Position numbers and translations under genes: made by a program
In this document: piece after piece, positions 48,318 through 57,800 of the stretch
Numbering within the stretch: the stretch's first letter is position 1
Layout of the letters: each line of letters begins with the position of its first letter
Assembly: GCA_965227295.1 (NCBI GenBank)
Contig: OZ245742.1
Span: forward strand, 2,656,001 to 2,720,000
Reading direction: 5' to 3'
Source: Leptonemataceae bacterium
GTDB lineage: Bacteria > Spirochaetota > Leptospiria > Leptospirales > Leptonemataceae
Length of the DNA: 64,000 bases
The notes under the pieces: generated by a model
Told to the model about the DNA's origin: nothing
What the model saw: the letters and a program-made list of their open reading frames with translations, nothing else
The model's database searches: none

Positions 48318-48731
48318 ATGATCGACTATCGTAAATACCAGGAAGGCGAGGGCCTCTTCAGCGGCATCAACATTGTGCCGTTTACGGACGTGGTGCTCGT
48401 GCTGCTGATCATCTTTATGATCGCGGCGCCGGGTCTTTTGAGCGCGGGCCTGAACATCTCGTTGCCGGGGGCTTCGTCGGCGGACCCCGACGTTCCGGCC
48501 ACCGTGACCGTGGGCCTCGATCGTGACGGGCGCATTTTTCTGGATGGGCGCGGGCTCAAGGACGCGGCGGATCTTACCGCGGAGATCAAGGCCCTGGTTG
48601 AGAAGCGAGCGGACCTGGGCGTCGTGGTGAACGCGGACTCGGCGGCCCGTCACGGTCGTGTCGTAGAAGTGATGGACGGTTTACGAAATTCCGGCGTGAA
48701 TAAGATTTATGTCGGGACCGTTCAGAAGTGA
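48318..48731 (+). CDS. exbD: ExbD/TolR family protein
   Basis: INIVPFTDVVLVLLIIFMI. Confidence 0.9.
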   Translation: MIDYRKYQEGEGLFSGINIVPFTDVVLVLLIIFMIAAPGLLSAGLNISLPGASSADPDVPATVTVGLDRDGRIFLDGRGLKDAADLTAEIKALVEKRADLGVVVNADSAARHGRVVEVMDGLRNSGVNKIYVGTVQK

Positions 48732-50097
48732 CGTTGAAGAGTTCCTGCGCCGACTGCGCTCCGACTTCGGCTTTGCCATCAGCACTGCCGTCTTCCTGAT
48801 TCCTCCCGCCCTGTTGCTGTGCGAGGCGCTGCTGATCGCGCGTCGGCCCCTGTTTTTTGTTACGTTCTTTCTCGCCGGAACCGGCGCGGAGTTTCTCCTC
48901 GATCTCTTGCTGCGTCGTTTCCTGTACCGCGGTTGGATCAACCGTCGGCGTTTTTTCTTTTATCAGTATCTGGTGCGGACGATCATCGGTCTGCCGTTTA
49001 CAATTTACCTTTCCCTGGGCGCCGCGACGCCGCTGCCCGGTCTCTTTCGTTTTCTGCCGGTCCTGGTGCTGGTGGATCGTTCACGTCTGGTCAGTCAGTT
49101 CGCGGGCCAGGTAACGTTCTTCGCGGCGGGGGTCTTTGCGTACGCGTTGCTGGTGGACCTCGGCCTGCCGGATGAGCGCGGCTGGATCGTACTCATCGCG
49201 TACTCCGGATTGGCGGCGCTACTCGGCGTGGAGTTGCAGCGTCGCGGAAGTGCGCGCCTGGCGCGGGCCCGACTGCGGCGCGAACGCGGGCTCTGGCATT
49301 TGCGTTATGATCATATCGCGGCGCGGGAAGAACGGTTGCTGCGTTCAATCTTACCGGAAGCGGATGTGCGTCGACGCCAGGCGGATCGTGAGGTTGCGAT
49401 CGAAGCCGGGGAGTTTCTGGTACTCGCGATGTCTTTCCCGGGCCTGCATGCAGCGGGGCAAGACGCGCGGGACGCCGGCGACGAGGCCGTCCTGGAGTTG
49501 CAGCGGTCCTGGGATTTACAATACGATCACCTGCGTCGGCGCCTGGAGGATCAGGGTTTCGTCGTGAACCTGGACGGCATGATGCTGCAGGCCGCGCGTC
49601 GCCTGGATCGTGATAGCGGGGAGCTGGAAGAACTGCTGTTTCCCCTCGTGTTCGAAGCACGAGAGTTGCTGCGTCTGGTTGCCCGGGACCGGCGTGCCCG
49701 GGAAGGGCGCGGTCGTCGCGGCTGGCGGGCCGAGGCTGCCATCGCCGCCGGCTCCTGCGTGCGCGGGCGCAGGAGTTCCTACCATCCGGCTCCGGCTTTC
49801 CGCGGGCCGGTCATGGACGAACTGGAGCGGCGGCTGCTTTTCGTTCCCGCACTGAATCAGACCGCGTTCCTGGCGGATGAGCGCAACGTGGAGCGGGCCG
49901 GAGAACGTCTCCTGGTGCATCCGGACCTGGCGGCGTGGGTGCGGCCCTACTTCGCGGCCGGGGACGGGGTCTTCGATCAGAAGTGGTTTATTCCCGGACT
50001 CATCCATCCGAATTACTCGATAGGGGCCGAAGGCCTCGAAGCCGTGCCTGATATCCTGGAACGGATTCGGTTTGAGCGCAAGCAGCGCTCTGTTTAG
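48709..50097 (+). CDS. Multi-TM protein with degenerate class III cyclase-like domain
   Basis: ~6 TM helices followed by ERLLRSILP (cyclase helical-linker-like); catalytic motifs not evident. Confidence 0.55.
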   Translation: MSGPFRSDVEEFLRRLRSDFGFAISTAVFLIPPALLLCEALLIARRPLFFVTFFLAGTGAEFLLDLLLRRFLYRGWINRRRFFFYQYLVRTIIGLPFTIYLSLGAATPLPGLFRFLPVLVLVDRSRLVSQFAGQVTFFAAGVFAYALLVDLGLPDERGWIVLIAYSGLAALLGVELQRRGSARLARARLRRERGLWHLRYDHIAAREERLLRSILPEADVRRRQADREVAIEAGEFLVLAMSFPGLHAAGQDARDAGDEAVLELQRSWDLQYDHLRRRLEDQGFVVNLDGMMLQAARRLDRDSGELEELLFPLVFEARELLRLVARDRRAREGRGRRGWRAEAAIAAGSCVRGRRSSYHPAPAFRGPVMDELERRLLFVPALNQTAFLADERNVERAGERLLVHPDLAAWVRPYFAAGDGVFDQKWFIPGLIHPNYSIGAEGLEAVPDILERIRFERKQRSV

Positions 50098-50159
50098 TAC
50101 TTGTCAGGCCCGGGGAACGGCTCATCCTTCCCTCTCCGGAGCACGTCTCCAGACTTTCC

Positions 50160-51344
50160 ATGCAAGAATCCCAGAAAGACGCGTTGGCCGATACCGATCT
50201 CCAGGATCAAAGCATCAAAGACTATGAGTCGGACCTGGGCGTTACCCGTCAGGAAATCGCCCGGTTGCCCGGCATGCAGACCGAGTCCGGCTTCGAGTTC
50301 GAGGAACTCGACCTGGCCTACATGACCCTCGGCAAGCTCTCACCGGAAAAAGACAACGCCATCCTCATCTGTCACGCCCTCTCCGGGAACGCCCACGTTG
50401 CCGGTCTGGACGAGAGCAGTGGCCGGCCGGGCTGGTGGGATTTCCACGTAGGCCCGGGCAAGACCATCGACACCGATCGCTTTTTTGTAATCTGCTCGAA
50501 CGTGATCGGCGGTTGCAACGGCTCCACCGGCCCGTCATCGATGAACCCCGCGACCGGCGAACGCTACGGCATGGAGTTCCCGCCGGTCAGCATTCGCGAT
50601 ATGGTCCGGGCGCAAACGATGCTGATGGACCGATTGGGCATTGATCGTTTGTTCGCGACCATCGGCGGTTCCATGGGCGGCATGCAGGGCATGGTGTGGG
50701 CTACGAATTATCCGGAGCGGGTGCGCAACTGCATTCCCATCGCCTCGTCCATGGCGCACTCGGCCATGCAAATCGCTTTCAACGAGGTGGGCCGTCAGGC
50801 CATCATAACCGATCCGAACTGGAACGACGGCGACTACTACAACGCGAACGGCCCCGAACACGGCCTGGCCGTGGCGCGTATGGTCGGCCACGTTACGTAC
50901 CTGAGCGAGTACTCCATGCACCAGAAGTTCGGCCGGCGCTTGCAGCGCGCCGCGTCGCCGGAGGATTTATTCCCGGCTTTTTTTTCCGTGGAGAGTTATC
51001 TGCAATACCAGGGCGAGTCCTTCGTACGCCGTTTCGATCCGAACTCGTATCTCTACATTACGAAGGCCCTGGACATGTTTGATGTGCTGGACGGGCGGCC
51101 GTCGAACGAGGTCTTCGGCGATCTGCCGGTGCAGTTCCTGGTCATTTCGTTCGAGTCGGACTGGCTGTATCCTCCGTCCCAGTCCCGGGATCTGGTGCGG
51201 GCGATCAAACGCGCCAACGGTCGCGCGACCTATGTGAACCTGGAGACGCCCTACGGCCACGACTCGTTCTTGATCAAGAATCCCGAGTTTCATCGCATCG
51301 TGCATAACTATCTGAATCAGGACTACCTGCGCAGCCGTTTATGA
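50160..51344 (+). CDS. metX: Homoserine O-acyltransferase MetX
   Basis: ICHALSG, GWWD..VGPGK, GGSMGGMQ, RFD.NSY, SDWLYP, GHDSFL. Confidence 0.96.
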   Translation: MQESQKDALADTDLQDQSIKDYESDLGVTRQEIARLPGMQTESGFEFEELDLAYMTLGKLSPEKDNAILICHALSGNAHVAGLDESSGRPGWWDFHVGPGKTIDTDRFFVICSNVIGGCNGSTGPSSMNPATGERYGMEFPPVSIRDMVRAQTMLMDRLGIDRLFATIGGSMGGMQGMVWATNYPERVRNCIPIASSMAHSAMQIAFNEVGRQAIITDPNWNDGDYYNANGPEHGLAVARMVGHVTYLSEYSMHQKFGRRLQRAASPEDLFPAFFSVESYLQYQGESFVRRFDPNSYLYITKALDMFDVLDGRPSNEVFGDLPVQFLVISFESDWLYPPSQSRDLVRAIKRANGRATYVNLETPYGHDSFLIKNPEFHRIVHNYLNQDYLRSRL

Positions 51345-51967
51345 ATATGAGAAGTTCGGGTCTGCCTTCGGGAGGCATGAATCAATTCTTGTACGATCGG
51401 GTTATTGATTGGGTGCCGGCGGGTTCCCGGGTCCTGGACCTGGGATCGGGGGACGGCTCTTTTCTGGAACGCCTGGTGAAAGCGAAGGACGTGCGCGGCG
51501 AGGGCGTGGAGAAGGACGCGGAGTTGGTGGCGCGCAGCATTGAGCGCGGTATGATTGTCCACCAGGGCGACATCCTCGAAGGCCTCGACCAGTACGGCTC
51601 GCAAACGTTCGATTACATTCTTATGCTCGGAACGTTCCAGGAACTCATGGCTCCGGACGCCGTGTTGAGGGAGAGTTTTCGCGTGGGGCGCTTCGTGATT
51701 CTCGCCTACGTGAACTTAGCATACTGGCGGTATCGCTTCCAGTTGATGTGGGGCGGAGTCACGCCGCGCCTGGAAACCATGCCGGTGCCGTGGTACGAAA
51801 GTCCGAACATTCAGTTTTTCTCGATTGTAGACTTTCGCGAGTTCTGCGTAGCCCGGGGCATCGAACGCCATGAGTCCGCGTACTTCAATTCTTTCGGTCA
51901 CGTGCATTTCATGCCGAACTTTCGCGCCAAAGAAGCGCTGTCGTTGATCAGCCAGGAGGAGGCTTAG
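51341..51967 (+). CDS. metW: Methionine biosynthesis protein MetW
   Basis: RVLDLGSGDG, WYESPNI; ATGA-coupled to metX. Confidence 0.92.
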   Translation: MNMRSSGLPSGGMNQFLYDRVIDWVPAGSRVLDLGSGDGSFLERLVKAKDVRGEGVEKDAELVARSIERGMIVHQGDILEGLDQYGSQTFDYILMLGTFQELMAPDAVLRESFRVGRFVILAYVNLAYWRYRFQLMWGGVTPRLETMPVPWYESPNIQFFSIVDFREFCVARGIERHESAYFNSFGHVHFMPNFRAKEALSLISQEEA

Positions 51968-51979
51968 TCCGCGCGAATC

Positions 51980-52852
51980 ATGGCTGACGTAGTTCTGAAA
52001 TCCCGCATCATCGCGCCGGACGGAACGATCTTCGTTTACGGCATGCGCCTGGATATGTCCCGCCGCTCGGCGAAGGAGACCCATGCCATCGCCGGAGATC
52101 ATCATGAGCTGGAATCCCATCCGCTGAACGCGGAGTACCGGGAATTCGTCGGCTGGCTCAAGGACATGGAGTTCCACGGCAAGCGCAACGAGTCCTGCAC
52201 GTACGACATCCAGCGCTATCTCGAAAAGAATACGAAGAACGTGGAGTGGATGGATCGTTTCGTTGCCGCGGTGGAGTCCGGCAACTTAGATGCGCTTCAG
52301 TTTGACTTAGGCCTGGAGCTGGAAATCGCTCTGGGACGAAAGGACCTGATCTTCAGCTACGATGTCGCCGAGTATGTCGAGCCGCCGGCGCCGGAGTTGC
52401 CCGGCCTGGAGGAAGATCTCTCCGGCCTGTTGCCCATGGCCTTCGCCGTGGCTCCGTTCTCCGGTGTGGCCATTACCCGGCTGAACATCGGCGACCGGGT
52501 GCGGGTGCGTTTCGCAGATCCCAAAGACAGCCGCTCGGCGACATACATTCGTCGCCTGGGTGTGAAAGAGGATCGCGGTCGTTTCGAAATCAATGCGAAG
52601 CTGAAGTCGCTCTCCACGGTTCCGAAGACGAAGGAGATCCTGGCAAAGCTGCGATTAGAAGGCGGCGCCGAGGCCTACGTCCTGGAAGACAACCACGATC
52701 TGCGCGTGCGTTTACCGGATGCGAATAAAGGCAATTCGACGTATGATCGTGCCCGGCGGGACTCGGCTGCCGTCGGCGGTCAGCTCGCGGCGATTCTGCT
52801 GGTCGCGGCGTTTCTTTCGATCGCGGGGTTGTTGTACTTCTTGATGTCCTGA
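51980..52852 (+). CDS. Hypothetical protein with C-terminal TM anchor
   Basis: 290-aa ORF, host-like codon usage, single C-terminal TM. Confidence 0.75.
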   Translation: MADVVLKSRIIAPDGTIFVYGMRLDMSRRSAKETHAIAGDHHELESHPLNAEYREFVGWLKDMEFHGKRNESCTYDIQRYLEKNTKNVEWMDRFVAAVESGNLDALQFDLGLELEIALGRKDLIFSYDVAEYVEPPAPELPGLEEDLSGLLPMAFAVAPFSGVAITRLNIGDRVRVRFADPKDSRSATYIRRLGVKEDRGRFEINAKLKSLSTVPKTKEILAKLRLEGGAEAYVLEDNHDLRVRLPDANKGNSTYDRARRDSAAVGGQLAAILLVAAFLSIAGLLYFLMS

Positions 52853-52865
52853 ACAGAAAAGCCTT

Positions 52866-52954
52866 ACTCCGAGGACCGAGGGATCGAGGTTTGCGGAGGA
52901 CGGGCATATACGACAACTCTCCCGGCTTCCCCTCGGTATCTCGGTCTTCGGAGT
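52866..52954. repeat. Family A inverted-repeat element
   Basis: ACTCCGAGGACCGAGGGATCGAGG ... CCTCGGTATCTCGGTCTTCGGAGT, between convergent genes. Confidence 0.9.
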
Positions 52955-52982
52955 CAATCTTTCCAAAAGGGCGTTTGCGATC

Positions 52983-53822
52983 TCACTTCAAGGCCACGGC
53001 GTACGCGATCCAGGTTTCCGCGGCCTCGCCTTTTTTGCTGCGCGTGTAGACGCCGTTGCCCTCGCCGGTCTTGTGCTCCGTGCCCTCGAAGAACCACTGC
53101 ACGTCCGCGAAGCCGGCTTCCAGTAACAGCTCCGTAATTTCCGGAGGATTCCACAGTCGCCATTCGTACACGAAGGCGTTCTTCATGCGGGTGCCGTCGT
53201 CGAACTCGAAGTGGATCTTGCACTTCATGTAATGTGTAACGGGATGAAACTTAGAGTGTTCCCAGACGTAGGTGAATCCCTCGCACTCGCGTTCTTCGGG
53301 TTCGTCGTCGTTTTCGAGCATGGCCGCCGAGCCGCCGAAGGCGTCCATGAACAACAGGCCGTCCGGTCCCAGGGACTCGTAGCAGTTCTTGAAGTATGTG
53401 CGGAGCTCCTCGCGGGTGCGGAAGATCCAGTAGCTGAAGTTAAAGGCCGCGACGATGTCGACTTTGGGCTCGCGCACGTTCAACACGTTATCCTTAAGAA
53501 GCTTGATGCGTTTCTGCTGCGGCTCTTTGAGTTTCGAAAGATTGTGATTGCGCCCCCATTCCAGGACGCTTTCTTCCAGGTCCACGCCGACGGCTTCGCG
53601 ATCTTTGCCCCGGCGCACCCATTCGCAGCAGAGCGCGAAACTTCCGCAGAAGTCTTCTTTCAATGTGCGCGGTTCGCGCTCGCGGATTTTCTTGAACAGC
53701 CGGCGCAGGATGCCCGCCTCGAACTCGACGTTCTGGACGGCTTCTTCGTAGAGCTTGAACTTATCCGCGGTTTTTGCGGTGAGGCCTTTCTTCTTCTTTT
53801 TTTTCTTTTCGTCTTTGCCCAT
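52983..53822 (-). CDS. Class I SAM-dependent methyltransferase
   Basis: LKEDFCGS, GVDL, VDIVAAFNFSY, L.PDGLLFMD; Lys-rich N-terminus. Confidence 0.88.
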   Translation of the reverse strand: MGKDEKKKKKKKGLTAKTADKFKLYEEAVQNVEFEAGILRRLFKKIREREPRTLKEDFCGSFALCCEWVRRGKDREAVGVDLEESVLEWGRNHNLSKLKEPQQKRIKLLKDNVLNVREPKVDIVAAFNFSYWIFRTREELRTYFKNCYESLGPDGLLFMDAFGGSAAMLENDDEPEERECEGFTYVWEHSKFHPVTHYMKCKIHFEFDDGTRMKNAFVYEWRLWNPPEITELLLEAGFADVQWFFEGTEHKTGEGNGVYTRSKKGEAAETWIAYAVALK

Positions 53823-53899
53823 GTTCTGCTCGATTTGATCCGGTGATTTGATTCGACGATCTGCGCGTCTTACATGACGGTGACATAAGTACGTTTCGC

Positions 53900-54760
53900 A
53901 TGGCAATTCCTATTTTCTCGAAACGCGAGCGTGGATTCGCTCTCTGCATGAACTCGTCCTTCTTCGGCTTCTTTGCGCACGCCGGTTTCATGGACGGCCT
54001 GGCGGAGCTGGGAATGATACCGCGGCGCGTGGCGGGGGCCTCGGCCGGGGCACTCGCCGGAGCCTTTCTCGCCACCGGCTATTCGCCGGCGGAGATCCTT
54101 GAAATCGTACGGCGGCCGCAGTTGGCCGCGGTCTTTCGGGAATGGCGCGGCCCGGCGCGTTTCTTCGGTGCGTTGTTGAATCGACGCGGTTTTACCGGCG
54201 CGCTCTCCGGGCGGCGGGCGCTGGCCATGTTAGGCGAGTACTTCGGCGATCGGCGCATTGAAGACTGCGAGATTCCGTTTGCCTGTTCCGTGGCCAACGT
54301 GAGTCGCGCGACCTCGGAAATCGCGGAGCGCGGACCGCTTGCGAACTTCGTACTCGCCAGTTGCGCGGTGCCCGGCATGTTCGCGGCGCAACAGATCGAC
54401 GGTCATTCCTACTGGGACGGCGGCGTGGCGGATCCGATTCCCTTCGAACACTGGCTGAACGACGATCGTTCCCCGCGGCGGATCCTGATTCACCTGGTGA
54501 TCAATCCCGAGGAAGTGGCGGCGCGCAACAATCCCGACGTATCGTTTTACGGCGGGCTGAGCCGTTGCCATCAGATCATCAGTGACGAGGTCTTTCGATT
54601 GAAGATGGACCTGGCGCGCCGGGCGAAGCGCGACGTGCTCGTGTTGCGCACCCTGGCACCGCGGCCGGGGCCGACTAAGTTACACCAGGGGGAAGTTTGC
54701 ATCGAACTGGGGCGGCGGACCGCCCTGGAAAACGCGGAGACGCTGCAGAAGCTTCGCTGA
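53900..54760 (+). CDS. Patatin-like phospholipase
   Basis: GASAG nucleophile, ASCAVPG.F, DGG. Confidence 0.9.
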   Translation: MAIPIFSKRERGFALCMNSSFFGFFAHAGFMDGLAELGMIPRRVAGASAGALAGAFLATGYSPAEILEIVRRPQLAAVFREWRGPARFFGALLNRRGFTGALSGRRALAMLGEYFGDRRIEDCEIPFACSVANVSRATSEIAERGPLANFVLASCAVPGMFAAQQIDGHSYWDGGVADPIPFEHWLNDDRSPRRILIHLVINPEEVAARNNPDVSFYGGLSRCHQIISDEVFRLKMDLARRAKRDVLVLRTLAPRPGPTKLHQGEVCIELGRRTALENAETLQKLR

Positions 54761-54786
54761 GATTCAGGCGGGAATCGACAAGATGA

Positions 54787-56070
54787 TTATTCCGTCACGA
54801 TGAGAACTTCGACGCGCCGGTTTTTCTGCCGCCCTTCTTCCGTCGCGTTGTCCGCCACGGGTTTCGTTTCGCCGTAGCCGCGGTAAGAGAGGCGCCGCCC
54901 GTCTACGCCGTGTTCGTTCTGGAGCGAACGCACCACGGAGCGAGCCCGGTTTTCGGATAGCTTCGTGTTGTACTCCGGGGAACCGGTGGAGTCGGTATGG
55001 CCGGAGATGCGGACCTCGCGGTTCGCGTGTTTCTTCAAGATGCCGGCAATCACGGCCAGGCGGCTTTGCGCCTCTGCCGTAAGTTCCGCGGAGTTATGGT
55101 CGAACAGGATGGAGTCGAGAGACAGGATTACGCCCTCATCGCTCTCACGCACGCTGATGTCCTGATTGCGATCGGTGTAGGCGGCCGTGTTCTCGGCCTC
55201 GCGTTCCGGGAGACCGGCCTGGAGATCGTTGCGGATGTCCGCGGCCAGACGCTTGCGATCTGCGCCGTTGGTGATGCGATCTTTGCGATACCAGGAATCG
55301 ATACGATATAACATTTCCTGGGTGCGGCCGTTTTTCAGGGTGAAGGCGTAGATGATGCGATTGGAATCGAAAACGGGGATGCCGGCCTCGCGGTCGAACC
55401 AGAGTTCGCAGGCGGACGTGCCCGTCACTCTTGCAATACCCGCGGGGGGAGCGCCCGGATGCTGGAACGAGTAAGTGTACTCGATGCGATCAAAGACGGC
55501 CTCGCTGCCGCCGGGGAGCGTGAGTTTCGCCGGGCCGGTGTAGCGGTAGCGTACCTTCAGGGGTATCTTGATCTTGGTCGAACCAAAGTCCATGGTCTCC
55601 ATGGCCTCCGAGGACCACTCATCGCCCGGTCGCAGAGCGCGCTCAGGGAACGTGGGCAGGCCGCGCAGGTTCGGCATGATGTAACGTTCCGGAACCTCGT
55701 AGCTTCCGTTCACCGCAATCTTGAAGATGGATGCGAAGTCCTGGTCGCGCCGGTACTCGCCCACTTCGCGGGGGGAGCGTGAGTAGGTATGGAACGAGCC
55801 TTCCAGGACGGCCGCATCATCCAGGCGCTCGCGCACTTTCAATACAATGCGGTTTTTTTCTTCGCGGGAAGTCCAGGTGCGTCCGTCGTGCACCCGGATG
55901 TCCTGGTACTTGTCGACGATGAGCACCTCGTCGGAATCGAGTTTGAACTCGAAGTGCCGTGCTTCGTCCGGCGCCGGCTGCAGTGACAGCATCGGGACGA
56001 AGAGGCCCAGGATGATCCAGATGATGGGGGTGCGCCCGGTCCGGCACCGAAGCGAAGATGAGAACTGCAT
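54787..56070 (-). CDS. OmpA-family peptidoglycan-binding protein
   Basis: ILFD.NSA.L, GHTDSTG...YN.KLS.NRA.SV, NRRVEV. Confidence 0.92.
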   Translation of the reverse strand: MQFSSSLRCRTGRTPIIWIILGLFVPMLSLQPAPDEARHFEFKLDSDEVLIVDKYQDIRVHDGRTWTSREEKNRIVLKVRERLDDAAVLEGSFHTYSRSPREVGEYRRDQDFASIFKIAVNGSYEVPERYIMPNLRGLPTFPERALRPGDEWSSEAMETMDFGSTKIKIPLKVRYRYTGPAKLTLPGGSEAVFDRIEYTYSFQHPGAPPAGIARVTGTSACELWFDREAGIPVFDSNRIIYAFTLKNGRTQEMLYRIDSWYRKDRITNGADRKRLAADIRNDLQAGLPEREAENTAAYTDRNQDISVRESDEGVILSLDSILFDHNSAELTAEAQSRLAVIAGILKKHANREVRISGHTDSTGSPEYNTKLSENRARSVVRSLQNEHGVDGRRLSYRGYGETKPVADNATEEGRQKNRRVEVLIVTE

Positions 56071-56256
56071 ACTACAGTTTCGTCGCAACCGGAGAAAGCT
56101 TGACGGCCGGAAGTCGGATTTTTGGGCATCCGGGGCGGGGCCGGACCGTTATTTCGTTGATGGAGGCGGTGCGCTCCGGAAAGCTGGCCACTTGATTGTG
56201 CGGCGCCCTGGGGCCGGCCGCACCGGCGTTATACATAATAAAAGGCTGATCACACT

Positions 56257-56625
56257 ATGGCGATTTTACTCGAAGGACTGCATCACATTTCACTCGGAAG
56301 TTCTGATCTGAAGCGGTCCGCGGAATTCTACCAGAACATCCTGGACTTCGAGCTGGTCGAGGAAGAGGAAAGCCACGTGGTCCTGAGCCTCGATCCGGTC
56401 AGCATTCGGCTGAACCTGGTCAGCAGCTATACGTCACCGATCCAGAACCCGGGCATCTTCAGCCTGTCGTTCAGCCTGGACGTGGACGACTTCACCAACG
56501 CCATCGCCGAACTCGAAGAACACGAGATCGAAATCAAGACCGGTCCCGTCGCCATCGAAGGCGGCGAGTCTCTCCTCATCGCCGATCCGGACGGCAATCT
56601 TCTCGAACTCTTCTATCGCGAGTAA
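56257..56625 (+). CDS. VOC/glyoxalase family protein
   Basis: LHHISL...DL.RS.EFY, DPDGNLLEL. Confidence 0.9.
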   Translation: MAILLEGLHHISLGSSDLKRSAEFYQNILDFELVEEEESHVVLSLDPVSIRLNLVSSYTSPIQNPGIFSLSFSLDVDDFTNAIAELEEHEIEIKTGPVAIEGGESLLIADPDGNLLELFYRE

Positions 56626-56628
56626 GCC

Positions 56629-57012
56629 GTGGGCCTGTTCTCGGAGGATCCGAAGCGGACGGGCTTATTCTACCTGCTCTGGCTCCGGTTTCACGACTGG
56701 CAGCAAAGACAGCAGGACGAGGACGACTATGAAGACTTCGGTCCGGCCCTCGGCGGCGAGGTCTACGGCGTGCTCTCGGTCCTGGCCCCGTTTCTGATCG
56801 CCTTCGCCGTCTGGTCACCCATCTTTGCCGCCGCACTTTCGTGTTTGGTTGCCGCCGGCGGCCCGTTGACGTTCCTGAATGCGATCTTTCGCGCGCGTTA
56901 TGAACAGCGCGCCGTGTCTCGTAGCGAAATCCGTACGGTCTTACATCGTGTGGTTCTGTTCCTGGTTCTGGGACAGGCCCTGTTCGCCGGTGTAATGATG
57001 TTCCGGAGTTAA
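56629..57012 (+). CDS. Hypothetical membrane protein
   Basis: ~3 TM helices; directly follows the VOC gene. Confidence 0.7.
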   Translation: MGLFSEDPKRTGLFYLLWLRFHDWQQRQQDEDDYEDFGPALGGEVYGVLSVLAPFLIAFAVWSPIFAAALSCLVAAGGPLTFLNAIFRARYEQRAVSRSEIRTVLHRVVLFLVLGQALFAGVMMFRS

Positions 57013-57015
57013 GCG

Positions 57016-57372
57016 ATGCCCACGCAAGAATCCACGCTGCGGAGATTTCAGCGAGAAGTGCACGCTCATCATGAACGCCGACAGGCCCGCGAGGCGCCGA
57101 CGGCAGGCTTCGAGTTGTTCCTGCTCGTTGTGATTACGCTTGTGCTCTTTGTTTCGTTTGCGGCGTTCTGGATTGATATCGAGCGCGCCGTCCTGTATTG
57201 CCGGATCTATCTCGGCGCGTGCTTGTGTTACGCGCTGTTGACGATTATAGCCGTGGCGCGGGACGCGGAGATGACGGCGCCCGCGCGGGTCGGATTTGCG
57301 GCGTTTCTGTTCGCGTTCTGGGGGCTGATCGGTTCGGTGCCCTGGCTCGCGTTGTATGTTCTGGCGAGTTAA
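57016..57372 (+). CDS. Hypothetical membrane protein
   Basis: ~3 TM helices; operon-like spacing. Confidence 0.7.
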   Translation: MPTQESTLRRFQREVHAHHERRQAREAPTAGFELFLLVVITLVLFVSFAAFWIDIERAVLYCRIYLGACLCYALLTIIAVARDAEMTAPARVGFAAFLFAFWGLIGSVPWLALYVLAS

Positions 57373-57435
57373 GCTGACGCGCGATGCGGAAGCTTCGATT
57401 GGGACGAAACTCTTCCGCACCGCCGCCTTTCGATT

Positions 57436-57639
57436 TTACGCCAGCACGTTGATCGTGGGGCCGTTTTGTTCGAAGCGATCCGGAACCTGGGAGGCGCGCG
57501 TCGCGTTCGAAGCGCGGCTTTCCTGTTCGGCCATGCGATTGTTCACGTCGGTGCCGGGAATGTTCGCGAAGTTTTCGGTGCGCACGTTGTTCTGCATGCG
57601 ATACATGCCCACTTCGGGGCCAAGCTTTACGTCTGCCAT
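57436..57639 (-). CDS. Small hypothetical protein (67 aa)
   Basis: AGGAG Shine-Dalgarno upstream; C-terminal G..INVLA. Confidence 0.65.
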   Translation of the reverse strand: MADVKLGPEVGMYRMQNNVRTENFANIPGTDVNNRMAEQESRASNATRASQVPDRFEQNGPTINVLA

Positions 57640-57663
57640 GGGGAAACTCCTGATAAAAATTTT

Positions 57664-57780
57664 AACTCCGAGGACCGAGGGGCCGAGGGAAGATTTGGGA
57701 GAGTTAGCTCAGCCTGCACGCCGGCGGCCTACGAAAGCTCTCATTTATCTTTTTTACTCGGTACCTCGGTCCTCGGAGTT
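57664..57780. repeat. Family A inverted-repeat element
   Basis: AACTCCGAGGACCGAGGGGCCGAG ... CTCGGTACCTCGGTCCTCGGAGTT. Confidence 0.9.
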
Positions 57781-57800
57781 GTACTTCTTTATGTATAACG

